A stretch of DNA of 64,000 nt, from assembly GCA_934675625.1 (NCBI GenBank), contig CAKURH010000002.1, positions 5,471 to 69,470 on the forward strand, read 5' to 3'. Under the pieces are notes generated by a model. It did not search any database, was not told where the DNA came from, and saw only the letters and a program-made list of their open reading frames with translations. Source of the stretch: an uncultured Kiritimatiellota bacterium (lineage in GTDB: Bacteria; Verrucomicrobiota; Kiritimatiellia; RFP12; UBA1067). Shown piece by piece: positions 28,022-37,055 of the stretch (the first letter of the stretch is position 1; every line of letters begins with the position of its first letter). A program made the translations under genes and the position numbers.

Positions 28022-30226
28022 TCACACGCCCCAGATGCGCCGCTGTTCACGGGCCTGCGCCCGCAGCATCGAGAACCCGTTCTCGACGCGGCAGCCCGCC
28101 GCCGCCGCGCGCGCGAGGAGCGGCGTCACCTCCGGCACGTAGCCGAGGTCATAGACGAGCTCCCGCCCCGAAAAGGCGTAGTCGGGAATCGGGTCGACCG
28201 GCGTCGCGTTAATCAGGATGTCGAAGCCCGGACGCGGCGTCCGCCGGTGGAAGACCTCGAACCGCACGCCGAGCGCCCGGAGCGCGACCTTCACGGCCTG
28301 CGCCGCGCCGCCGTCGCCGAGAACCGCCGCCGTCTTCCCCCGCACGTCGCCCGCGAAGGCGACCAGCGCCTCGGAAAAGCCCGCGACGTCCGTGTTGGAG
28401 CCGACGTACTTTCCGTTCACGCACGTGACCGTGTTGACCGCGCCGACCTTCTTCGCCAGCGGGTCGATGCGGTCGAGGAGCGGCATAATCGCCTGCTTGT
28501 GCGGAATCGTGACGGCGAGGCCCTTCATCCCCATCGCCTTCATGAAGGCCAGGGCCTCCGCCGCCGTCTGGGACGGGAACGGCACCATCACCGCGTCCTC
28601 GTCCTCGGCGGCGAACGCGGCGTTGTGAAGTTCGGGCGAGCGCGTCTTCTTCAGCGGCCAGCCCGTCACGCCGTAGAGCGCCGCGTCGCGCGTCACCGCG
28701 CGGAAGCGGTACGTCCGCACGAGCTCCTCCGGCGAGATGTGGCCAATCGCCTCCAGTCCGCCGACCGAGCAGTACGTCCAGAGCGAATGCGTCCGCCCCG
28801 CAAGGACGCGCGAGGCGAGCCCCTGCGCGCCCATCGCGAGCGTGACGTGCGGCACGTCCGTGAGATCCTTTGTCTCCGCGAAAAGCCGCGCGACGTCCGC
28901 CATCGACTTCGGCTGGAACGCGACCTTGGCGATCGCGCCCGCCTTGCCCGACAGCGCGCGGCACTTCGCCGGCAGGTTCTTCACCGGCCCCTTGAAGTCG
29001 TGCACGGGGTTGATGAGCCGCCCGTCGGCCAGCACCGTGTGGTCGATGTCCTGCGTGAAGATGACCGGCACGCCCTTCGGCAGAAGCTTCGGGAAGTCCT
29101 TCGCCCGCGCGCGTTCGGACGGCTTCAGGAGGTCGATGCGCAGTTCCACCATGTCCGTGAAGTAGCGCTGTGACGCATACTGCGCGAGGTCTTCCGCAAG
29201 CGTCGCGCCCGTCAGCGTGAGGCAGATGCGCGGACGCGCCGCCTCGTCCGCGAGAATCGCGTCCGCCAGCACGAGCGCCACCGCCGCCTCGACGACGGGC
29301 ACGGCGCGGCGGACGATGCACGGGTCGTGGCGGCCCTTCATCGCAAGGCGCGCGGGCTTCATCGTCGCGAGATCGACCGACCTCTGCTCCTTGTAGATCG
29401 TCGGCGTCGGCCGCAGCGCGACATGGAACGTGACGGGCATGCCGCTCGTGCGCCCGCCGAGAATGCCACCCTGGCGGTTCGTCTTCGTGCGCACGCCGCC
29501 GTCCGTGCCGACGACAAAGGCGTCGTTGAACGCGCTGCCGAGGAGATCCGGCGCGCGGAGGCCGTCGCCGAAGCTCACGGCCTTCACGCCGGGAATCGCG
29601 AAGAGCGCGGCGGAAAGTTCCGATTCAAGTCCGTCGAAAAGCGCGCCGCCCAGCCCCGGCGGCAGGCCCGTCACCGTGCCGGAAATCCAGCCGCCGACGG
29701 AATCGCCCGCGTCGCGCGCCGCCTCGATCTCGCGCACCATCCGCCGTTCGCCCGTCTGGCCGTGGATCGACTCGACGGACGCCGCGACCGCGATGCCGCG
29801 CGCCGCGAGGAACTGCTTGCAGAGTCCGCCCGCCGCGCAGACGGCCGCCGTGAGGCGCCCCGAATTCTTGCCGCCGCCCGTCGGGATGACGCCCGTCTCG
29901 ACCCACTGGCCGAAGTCGGCGTGGCCGGGACGCGGCACCGTGCGCGCCGCGCCGTAGTCGCGTGGCCGCGCGTCGGCGTTGCGGATTTCGCCACAGACCG
30001 TCTCGCCCGTCGTGACGCCGTCCGCGACGCCCGCCGTGAAGACGACGGCATCCGCCTCGCGCCGCTGGGTCGACAGCCGGTCGCGTCCCGGCGCGCGCCG
30101 TTCCATGAACGCCGCGAGAGCCGCCGCATCGACGGCGAATCCCGTCGGGAACCCCGACAGCACAAACCGAATCGCGCGCGCGTGCGATGCGCCGCGTATG
30201 TCAAGCTTCAAGCATTTTCCGAACAT
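28022..30226 (-). CDS. apparent trifunctional chorismate synthase / 3-dehydroquinate dehydratase (type I-like, short) / shikimate dehydrogenase fusion (AroC-AroD-AroE)
   Basis: 734 aa from MFGKCLKLDIRGASHA at 30226.
- AroC: PRPGHADF, GGILGGRTSG, KGRHDPCIV.
- AroD-like: VELRIDLL, VHDFKGP, AIAKVAF.
- AroE: GVTGWPLKKTRSPELHN, LAVTIPHKQ, GSNTDVAGF, VLGDGGAAQAV.
The frame is uninterrupted. Confidence 0.8.
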   Translation of the reverse strand: MFGKCLKLDIRGASHARAIRFVLSGFPTGFAVDAAALAAFMERRAPGRDRLSTQRREADAVVFTAGVADGVTTGETVCGEIRNADARPRDYGAARTVPRPGHADFGQWVETGVIPTGGGKNSGRLTAAVCAAGGLCKQFLAARGIAVAASVESIHGQTGERRMVREIEAARDAGDSVGGWISGTVTGLPPGLGGALFDGLESELSAALFAIPGVKAVSFGDGLRAPDLLGSAFNDAFVVGTDGGVRTKTNRQGGILGGRTSGMPVTFHVALRPTPTIYKEQRSVDLATMKPARLAMKGRHDPCIVRRAVPVVEAAVALVLADAILADEAARPRICLTLTGATLAEDLAQYASQRYFTDMVELRIDLLKPSERARAKDFPKLLPKGVPVIFTQDIDHTVLADGRLINPVHDFKGPVKNLPAKCRALSGKAGAIAKVAFQPKSMADVARLFAETKDLTDVPHVTLAMGAQGLASRVLAGRTHSLWTYCSVGGLEAIGHISPEELVRTYRFRAVTRDAALYGVTGWPLKKTRSPELHNAAFAAEDEDAVMVPFPSQTAAEALAFMKAMGMKGLAVTIPHKQAIMPLLDRIDPLAKKVGAVNTVTCVNGKYVGSNTDVAGFSEALVAFAGDVRGKTAAVLGDGGAAQAVKVALRALGVRFEVFHRRTPRPGFDILINATPVDPIPDYAFSGRELVYDLGYVPEVTPLLARAAAAGCRVENGFSMLRAQAREQRRIWGV

Positions 30227-30240
30227 CTTTTCCTCTTCCG

Positions 30241-30831
30241 CTAACGGCTCGCCAACGCGAGCTTGATGACCTGCTCGACCGAATCGACGGCAGGGTTCTT
30301 CGCGAGGATGTCCGTCACCATCTTCGCGCTCGTCTCGTCGCTGAAGCCGAGCGCGCGGAGCGCGGCGACCGCATCGGCGGCGACCGGCGAGGCGACCGAC
30401 CCGTCGCCCCCGCGCGCGGCGAACGCGAGCGCGTCCACCTTGTCCTTCAGCTCGACGCAGATCTTCTCTGCCGTCTTCTTGCCGACGCCCTTCACCGCCG
30501 CGAGCCGCTTTGCGTCCCGCGCCGCGATGGCAAGCGCCAGCTCGCCGACGGATGCGCCCGAGAGAATCGCGAGCGCAATCTTCGGCCCGACACCCGAAAC
30601 GCCCGTCAGCTTCACGAAAAGCTCGCGCTCGTTCGCCGTCGCGAAGCCGAAAAGCAGTTCGTCGTCCTCGCGCACGCAATGGTACGCGAGAAGCTTCGCC
30701 TCCGAACCCTCGCGCGGCAGCCTCTCGTAGGTCGAAATCGGAATCAGCAGTTCGTAGCCGACGCCCGCCGCCTCAATCACCGCACGCGTCGGCGCCTTCT
30801 CGACCACGATGCCTCGTATGTAGGCAATCAC
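30241..30831 (-). CDS. ruvA: Holliday junction branch migration complex subunit RuvA
   Basis: GTG start giving (M)IAYIRGIVVEKAPTRAVIEAAGVGYELLIPISTYERLP. HhH motifs LTGVSGVGPKIALAIL / VKGVGKKTAEKI. C-terminal domain III. Confidence 0.85.
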   Translation of the reverse strand: MIAYIRGIVVEKAPTRAVIEAAGVGYELLIPISTYERLPREGSEAKLLAYHCVREDDELLFGFATANERELFVKLTGVSGVGPKIALAILSGASVGELALAIAARDAKRLAAVKGVGKKTAEKICVELKDKVDALAFAARGGDGSVASPVAADAVAALRALGFSDETSAKMVTDILAKNPAVDSVEQVIKLALASR

Positions 30832-30841
30832 GGCACGCGCG

Positions 30842-32179
30842 TCACTCCGCCCCCAGCGCGAGACCGATCTTCGCGAGATCCTGCGCGTCAAGCGCGTAGA
30901 CGGGGTCAATCTCGATCGGGAGGTCCTTCGGAACCGTCACGCCAATCTCGGCGAACCACTTCGTCCACTTCGCCCGCAGGTCGGCCTGGCACGTCGCGGG
31001 CGAGTCATTGCCCTCGGCGTTCTTGACCGGCGAGAACTCCTCCTTCGGATCGAACGCGAGAAACGCCGCGCGTTTCGCCTTCGGCAGGATGTCGAAGATG
31101 AACTTCTCGAACTTGTAGCCGTTGGGCTCCTTCGGCTGGACGATCTTGCCGTCCGCGACGAACGGGATCTTCTTGAACGCGAGGTGGAGCGGCATCGCCT
31201 TCGCGGCCTCGCGGGCGAGGAACGCGCGGTCGAAGACGTGGATCGCCGGCGAGCCGTAGCGGAAGTAGAGCTTGCCGTCCTTCTCGCGCAGGCACTGCTC
31301 CTTCGTCATCTCGGTGTACTCGACCATGCGGAAGGTCTTGCCGAACTGCATCGGGATGCCGACCTTCTCGAACGGGTCGCGCTTCGCGCAGAGCTTGAGC
31401 GAGTACTCCGACTTCTGGAGCACGTGATAGCCGATGAACGCCGGATCGGCGATCTCGACGAGCGGGTTGTCGACCTGGAAGAAGAAGACGGACTTGATGC
31501 CGCGCGCGCGCATGTCGTCCAGCGCGCCCGAGCGACGGAGCGCCGCGAGGAGGCCGCCGTGCCCGTCCGGGCTCATGAAGATGTGTCCGGGACGGTCGAG
31601 GATGATCTTGCCGTCCTTCGTCATGCCGGGCCACATGCCCTGCGTGAAGAAGAAGACGTTCTTCGGGTCGAGCCCGAAGAAGTCGTTCTCCTCAAAGCAC
31701 CGCTGCGTCGCCGCGTTGTTCGCCTCGCTCGTCATCACGTAGAACGGGATCGTCGCGCCATAGCGGATCGACCGCGCGAGAATCTTGCGCGCGTGGAAGT
31801 AGAAGAGCGGCGCGCCGGTGATCGGACCGATCGAGAAGCAGCCCTTCGGGCCGTCGTAGCCGAGGCGCGAGCCCTGCCCGCCCGCGACGAGGAGCGCCGC
31901 GACGCGCCCGGCCCGCAGTTCCTTCTCGCCGGCGGCAATCGCCTTCTTCAGGGCCGCGCCCGACAGCTCGGCGACCTTCGGCGCCAGACCCGTCGAGGAG
32001 TCGAAGCGGTCGCCGCCCGTCTCCAGCGCGGCCGCGCACTGCTTCAGGCTCTTCGGCTCGATCGTCGCGACCTGCGCGAGCAGTTCCTTGCGCTCGTTCT
32101 TCGCGAGCCTCTTCCAATAGGCGAGCACGTGTTCCTGCCCGCACGACTTCAGCAGCCTCTCGGCCTCGGTGTAGTTCAT
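30842..32179 (-). CDS. UDP-sugar pyrophosphorylase, UDPGP family (eukaryote-type UAP/USP-like)
   Basis: 445 aa from MNYTEAERLL at 32179. Signature LLVAGGQGSRLGYDGPKG, SPDGHGG, FFQVDNPL. Confidence 0.8.
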   Translation of the reverse strand: MNYTEAERLLKSCGQEHVLAYWKRLAKNERKELLAQVATIEPKSLKQCAAALETGGDRFDSSTGLAPKVAELSGAALKKAIAAGEKELRAGRVAALLVAGGQGSRLGYDGPKGCFSIGPITGAPLFYFHARKILARSIRYGATIPFYVMTSEANNAATQRCFEENDFFGLDPKNVFFFTQGMWPGMTKDGKIILDRPGHIFMSPDGHGGLLAALRRSGALDDMRARGIKSVFFFQVDNPLVEIADPAFIGYHVLQKSEYSLKLCAKRDPFEKVGIPMQFGKTFRMVEYTEMTKEQCLREKDGKLYFRYGSPAIHVFDRAFLAREAAKAMPLHLAFKKIPFVADGKIVQPKEPNGYKFEKFIFDILPKAKRAAFLAFDPKEEFSPVKNAEGNDSPATCQADLRAKWTKWFAEIGVTVPKDLPIEIDPVYALDAQDLAKIGLALGAE

Positions 32180-32220
32180 CGACTGGTCTCCCGTTTGCTC
32201 TCTCGTTTTCGTTAGTTCCC

Positions 32221-34761
32221 TTACAGACTCCTCGGCAGCTCTTCCAGCGAGTAGCACTCGATCGTGTCGCCGACCTGGAAGCCCTCGTAGTTCGCGAAGC
32301 ACACGCCGCATTCCTGCTGGCCCGTCACTTCCTTCACCTCGTCCTTGAAGTGGCGCAGCGTCTGCACCTTGCCGTCCCACACCTGCGCCTTGTTGCGGAG
32401 GATGCGGAACCGCTCCTTGGCGACGAGCTTGCCGTCGAGCATCTGCGAGCCGGCGATCTTGCCGAGCTTGCCGATGTCGTAGATCGCCTTGATCTCGGCG
32501 TGGCCGAGGACGACCTCCTTGAACTCCGGCGGCAGCAGGTCGAGCATGCAGTTCTTGACGTGATCGAGCAGTTCGTAGATGATGCGGAAGGAGTTGATCC
32601 GGACGCCGTCGTGGCGCGCCTGCTGCTGAACGCCCGCGTCGTTGCCGATGTCGAAGCCGACGAGGATCGCCTTGCCGGCGGCGGCGGACTTGACGTCGGT
32701 GAGCGAGACGTTGCCCGTGCCCGTGCCGATGACGTTCAGGCCGACCTTCTCGGACTTGATCTCGTTCAGCGCCTGCACGATCGCCTCCAGCGAGCCCTGC
32801 GTGTCGGACTTCACGATCACGTTGAGCTCGCGCTTGCCCTCGGCGGCCATCGCGCTCATGAGCGCGTCGAGCGTCGCGGCCTTCGAGGTCGAGAGGGCCT
32901 CCTCCTTCTTCTCCTGCGCGGTCTGCTCGGCGAGCGTGCGCGCGCGCTTCTCGTCGAGCATGACGCGGAACTCGCTGCCGGCCTCGGGCACGCCCGAAAG
33001 GCCCGTGCACTTCACCGGCGTCGCCGGCGGGGCCTCCTTGATGCGGCGGCCGTGGTCGTCGATGAGCGCGCGCACCTTGCCGAAGTGCTCGCCGATGAGA
33101 ATCGCGTCCCCGACCTTGAGCGTGCCGCCCGTGACGAGCAGCGTCGCGCACGGACCGAGGCCCTGCTGCAGCTCGGACTCGATCACGAAGCCGTTCGCGC
33201 GGCGGTTCGGGTTCGCCTGAAGCTCCAGCACCTCCGCCTGCACGAGGATGTTCTCCAGGAGCGCGTCCACGCCAAGCCCCGTCACGCCCGAAACGGGGCA
33301 GCAGATGATGTCGCCGCCCCAGTCCTCCGGCGTCAGGCCCCGCTTCTGGAGCTGCTGCTTGACGCGGTCGACGTTCGCCGTCGGCTTGTCGGCCTTCGTG
33401 ATCGCGACCATGATCTGCACGCCCGTCTGGCGGCAGACCTTGATGCACTCCTCGGTCTGCGGCATGATGCCGTCGTCGGCCGCCACGATGAGGACGGCGA
33501 TGTCGGTGATCTGCGCGCCGCGCGCCCGCATCGCGCTGAACGCGGCGTGGCCGGGCGTGTCGAGGAACGTGATCTTCTTGCCCGCGATCTCGACCTGGTA
33601 GGCGGAGATCTGCTGGGTGATGCCGCCGGCCTCGCCCGCCGCGACGTGCTCCTTGCGGATGTAGTCCATCAGCGTCGTCTTGCCGTGGTCGACGTGGCCG
33701 AGGAACGTGACGACCGGCGCGCGCGGCTTCAGCGTCTCGGGCGCGTCCTCCGGAATGAGGTCGTCAGCGTCGATCGCCTTCAGGACCGGCTTCGCCGCCG
33801 CCTTGTCGCGGGCGTGCTCGATCGTCACCTTGAAGCCGTACTTCTGCGCGACCTTCGTCGCGACATCCGGCTCGACGCGCTGGTTGATGGACGCAAGCAC
33901 CTTCAGGCCCATCAGGTCGGCGATCAGGCGGTTCGGCTTGATGTTGAGCTTCGCCGCGAGATCCTTGACGATCACGGCGCCGCGAATCGAAATCTCCTTG
34001 TTCGCCTCGTCGACGGAGATGCGGCTGCCCTGCTCCATCACCTTCGGCGCCACCACGCGCGGCGCGCCCTTGTCAAAGCCCTTCGCGCCCTCGCGGTCCT
34101 TCCGGCCCTTGCGGTCGTCACGCCCGGCGACGCCCACGGAAATCGTCGGCTTCGGCGGTTTCGGCTTCGGGGCGGCCGCGACGGAAATCGAGATCGTCGC
34201 CGCCGGCCGCGCGTGCTGGAGCGGCTTGAACCCGGCCGCCGTCAAGCCCGTCTTCGCGGCGGAAATCGTCGGCAGGATCTTCGGCTTCACGCCTGGCGCC
34301 ATGCGAATCTTGGGGGCGACCGGGGCAGTCGGGGCGGCTGAAACCGCCCCCTTCGAGACAGGCGCCGCGACCGCCGCCGAGGAAGCCGCCCCTTGCGAGA
34401 CGGACAGCGCGACAGCCACCGACGGCGATGATGACGGCTTCGCCTCGCCCGTCGCCGGTGCCGCGAACGTGACGACCTTGCCTTCGGCCGCGTCCTTCGC
34501 GATCTTCAGGTGCTCGGCGAGCTTCGCCTTCTGCGCGGCGAAGAACGCGGCGTTCAGCTCGGCCGCACGCTTCGTCTTGGCCGCGCGCTTCGCCGCGACA
34601 TCGGCCTTCGGCGCGTTCGCGAGCGCCAGCTTGAGCGCGGCGAGCTCGCCGTCGTCAACCGAACTGATTGCGCTCGTGACCTCGACGCCGGCCTTTTCGG
34701 CAACACGGAGAACCTCAGCACTCGTGACGCCCGCCTCCTTGGCAATTTCACAGACTCTCAT
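32221..34761 (-). CDS. infB: translation initiation factor IF-2
   Basis: 846 aa. G-domain VTFLGHVDHGKTTLMD, DTPGHAAF, TKADK. Conserved C-terminal domains. Confidence 0.97.
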   Translation of the reverse strand: MRVCEIAKEAGVTSAEVLRVAEKAGVEVTSAISSVDDGELAALKLALANAPKADVAAKRAAKTKRAAELNAAFFAAQKAKLAEHLKIAKDAAEGKVVTFAAPATGEAKPSSSPSVAVALSVSQGAASSAAVAAPVSKGAVSAAPTAPVAPKIRMAPGVKPKILPTISAAKTGLTAAGFKPLQHARPAATISISVAAAPKPKPPKPTISVGVAGRDDRKGRKDREGAKGFDKGAPRVVAPKVMEQGSRISVDEANKEISIRGAVIVKDLAAKLNIKPNRLIADLMGLKVLASINQRVEPDVATKVAQKYGFKVTIEHARDKAAAKPVLKAIDADDLIPEDAPETLKPRAPVVTFLGHVDHGKTTLMDYIRKEHVAAGEAGGITQQISAYQVEIAGKKITFLDTPGHAAFSAMRARGAQITDIAVLIVAADDGIMPQTEECIKVCRQTGVQIMVAITKADKPTANVDRVKQQLQKRGLTPEDWGGDIICCPVSGVTGLGVDALLENILVQAEVLELQANPNRRANGFVIESELQQGLGPCATLLVTGGTLKVGDAILIGEHFGKVRALIDDHGRRIKEAPPATPVKCTGLSGVPEAGSEFRVMLDEKRARTLAEQTAQEKKEEALSTSKAATLDALMSAMAAEGKRELNVIVKSDTQGSLEAIVQALNEIKSEKVGLNVIGTGTGNVSLTDVKSAAAGKAILVGFDIGNDAGVQQQARHDGVRINSFRIIYELLDHVKNCMLDLLPPEFKEVVLGHAEIKAIYDIGKLGKIAGSQMLDGKLVAKERFRILRNKAQVWDGKVQTLRHFKDEVKEVTGQQECGVCFANYEGFQVGDTIECYSLEELPRSL

Positions 34762-34765
34762 GGGC

Positions 34766-36052
34766 TTAGGCTTCCTCTCCCTCGTGCGCTTCCGCCGTCA
34801 GCGCGGCCACGGCCTTCGCCGCCGCGTAGACGCCCTTCGCCGTCACTTCGTCAAGGCCCGTCGCGGCGATGAAGCTCGCCTCGTCCTCTTCCGCAATGCC
34901 GTCGACCGTGAGATAGCCCGCGTCAGCCATCTGCGTCGCGACCGCCGTGGAGACGGAGAACATCTCGGCGAGCTCCTTGATGGCTGCGGCCTTCTGATCC
35001 TCGAACGAGGCCGTCGCCATCGACTTCTTCACCTCGACGTGCCAGCCCGTCAGCTTCGTCGCGAGGCGCACGTTCTGGCCACGCTTGCCGATCGCGAGCG
35101 AATACTGGTCGGCCGCCGCCGTGCAGCGCACCGTGTTCGGCACCGCCGGGTCGATCTCGATGGACTCCAGCTTCGCCGGCGCGAGCGCCTGGGCGACGTA
35201 CTGGCGGATGTCCTCGTTCCAGCGCACGATGTCGATCTTCTCGCCGGAAAGCTCGTTGACGATCGACCGCACGCGGCTGCCGCGCTGGCCGACGCACGCG
35301 CCGACCGGATCGACCGACTCGTTCGACGTGCGCACCGCGAGCTTCGCCCGGTAGCCGGGGTCGCGGCTCACGCCCATGATTTCCACGACGCCGTCGGCAA
35401 TCTCGCTCACCTCCAGACGGAACAGCGCCTCGACGAACTTGCCGTCGGCGCGCGAGAGCGTCACGGACGGCCCCTTCGCCTCGGGGTCGACGCGCTTGAT
35501 GATCGCGCGGATCGGGTCGCCGACCTGATAGTCCTCCGTCGGGATGCGCTCCTTGGCCGGCAACACCATCTCGGTCTTGCCGACCGTCACGTAGGTGTCG
35601 CGGTGGACGACGGCGGAGACCGTGCCGGACACGATGTCGCCGACGCGGTCGCGGTATTCGCTGAAGGTGTTCGTGCGCTCGGCCTCGCGAATCTTCAGGT
35701 TGATCATCTGCCGCGACATCTGCGCCGCAATGCGGCCAAGGCGCGACGCCGGCATCTCGACCTCGATCGTCTCGCCTTCCGCCACGGGGTTGCCGTGGTT
35801 GTAGCGCGTCGCGCGCGCCGTCGAGATGAAGCCGACGCCCGTGTCTTCGTCGGACACGACCAGCGTGTCGTAGACGTGGAGTGAAAGATCCTTGCGGTCA
35901 ATGGCGACGCGCAAGTCGTTCGTCACGGTTGAATTCTTGCGGGCCGCCTGGGCAATCGCCTGCTCAATCGCCGTCAAGACGATTTCGCGGCTCACGCCAC
36001 GCTCACTCTCAATGTGCTGCACGACCGCGAGCAGCTGACTGTTCATCGCCAT
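34766..36052 (-). CDS. nusA: transcription termination/antitermination factor NusA
   Basis: 428 aa. N-terminal domain, S1 (GDIVSGTV...), two KH domains (GACVGQRGSRV, AIGKRGQNVRLA), and an acidic C-terminus. Confidence 0.95.
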   Translation of the reverse strand: MAMNSQLLAVVQHIESERGVSREIVLTAIEQAIAQAARKNSTVTNDLRVAIDRKDLSLHVYDTLVVSDEDTGVGFISTARATRYNHGNPVAEGETIEVEMPASRLGRIAAQMSRQMINLKIREAERTNTFSEYRDRVGDIVSGTVSAVVHRDTYVTVGKTEMVLPAKERIPTEDYQVGDPIRAIIKRVDPEAKGPSVTLSRADGKFVEALFRLEVSEIADGVVEIMGVSRDPGYRAKLAVRTSNESVDPVGACVGQRGSRVRSIVNELSGEKIDIVRWNEDIRQYVAQALAPAKLESIEIDPAVPNTVRCTAAADQYSLAIGKRGQNVRLATKLTGWHVEVKKSMATASFEDQKAAAIKELAEMFSVSTAVATQMADAGYLTVDGIAEEDEASFIAATGLDEVTAKGVYAAAKAVAALTAEAHEGEEA

Positions 36053-36128
36053 TTTTCACTCCTTTTTTCTGTCAAAAATCAAAACACGCCCTTCGGTCGA
36101 TCCGCTGGATCACCGAAAAGACACGCAT

Positions 36129-36157
36129 AGAATACCCTTTCTGTCCGAAAATGTCAA
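36129..36157 (-). promoter_or_regulatory. sigma70 promoter TTGACA-17-TATTCT for the nusA-infB operon
   Basis: Reverse complement gives TTGACA (36157-36152), a 17-nt spacer, and TATTCT (36134-36129). This predicts a leader of about 70 nt ending in AAAAGGAG before the nusA ATG. Confidence 0.55.
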
Positions 36158-36178
36158 TGCGGCCCCGTTCCGACGGAC

Positions 36179-37051
36179 TCAACCTCCCAAAAGCCGAAGG
36201 TAGGCGCGCACGAGCGCAGTGCCACCGAACATCCAGACGAGGCAACCGAGACAGATGTACGGGCCGTAGGGGATTTCGACGAACCGCCCGAACTTCGTCT
36301 TTGACAACGCGACCATCGAAAGCCCCACAACCGAGCCGAAGACGGACGAGAGCATCAGCGTGACAAGCACCGCCACCGGCCCGAACAGCGCGCCGACCGC
36401 CCCCATCAGGAAGACGTCTCCGAGCCCCATCGCCTCGCGCCTGAACGCCTTCGAGCCGAGAAAACGAATCAGCCAGAGGAGTCCGAAGCCGAAGGCCAAA
36501 CCCACAAGCGAATTCACGAGCGGCGACAGACGCACGAGCAAAGGTTCGTCGCAACCGTCAGCAAAGCCGAAGGCCGTGAAGACGAGAGCCTCCGCCACGC
36601 CGAGGATCATGCCGCCGACCGTGACGAAGTCCGGCAGCAGCTTATGGTCGAAGTCGATCATCGAACCGACGATCATCAGGGAAATCCAGATCCACATGAT
36701 GACCAAATGCAGCACGAGCGGACTCCACAGCGGCTCGTTTCCGACGAGGGCCAGTCCAAACTTCTGGAACGCCGCGAGAAAGAGGCAGCCGCCGAGCAGT
36801 TCGACGAGAATGTAGCGCGGCGAAATCGGCGCGCGGCAGTTCGCGCACTTTCCGCGCAGGGCGAGCCATGAGAGAATCGGGATGTTCTGATACCAGCGAA
36901 TCGCCGCGCCGCAGGTCGGGCAGTGCGACGGGGGGCGCACAATCGACTCACCGCGCGGCACGCGCCAGATGACGACGTTCAGGAAGCTCGCGACGCACGC
37001 GCCGAATGCAAACGAGAACAGCGACAAGATGTGGAAAAGGCCGAAATCCAC
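36179..37051 (-). CDS. pilD: prepilin peptidase (A24 family, type IV leader peptidase/N-methyltransferase)
   Basis: 290 aa, GTG start. N-terminal CxxC...CxxC (HCPTCGAAIRWYQNIPILSWLALRGKCANCRAPI). Multi-TM body with the conserved Asp-containing motif GLGDVFLMGAVGALFG. Confidence 0.85.
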   Translation of the reverse strand: MDFGLFHILSLFSFAFGACVASFLNVVIWRVPRGESIVRPPSHCPTCGAAIRWYQNIPILSWLALRGKCANCRAPISPRYILVELLGGCLFLAAFQKFGLALVGNEPLWSPLVLHLVIMWIWISLMIVGSMIDFDHKLLPDFVTVGGMILGVAEALVFTAFGFADGCDEPLLVRLSPLVNSLVGLAFGFGLLWLIRFLGSKAFRREAMGLGDVFLMGAVGALFGPVAVLVTLMLSSVFGSVVGLSMVALSKTKFGRFVEIPYGPYICLGCLVWMFGGTALVRAYLRLLGG

Positions 37052-37055
37052 GGTT

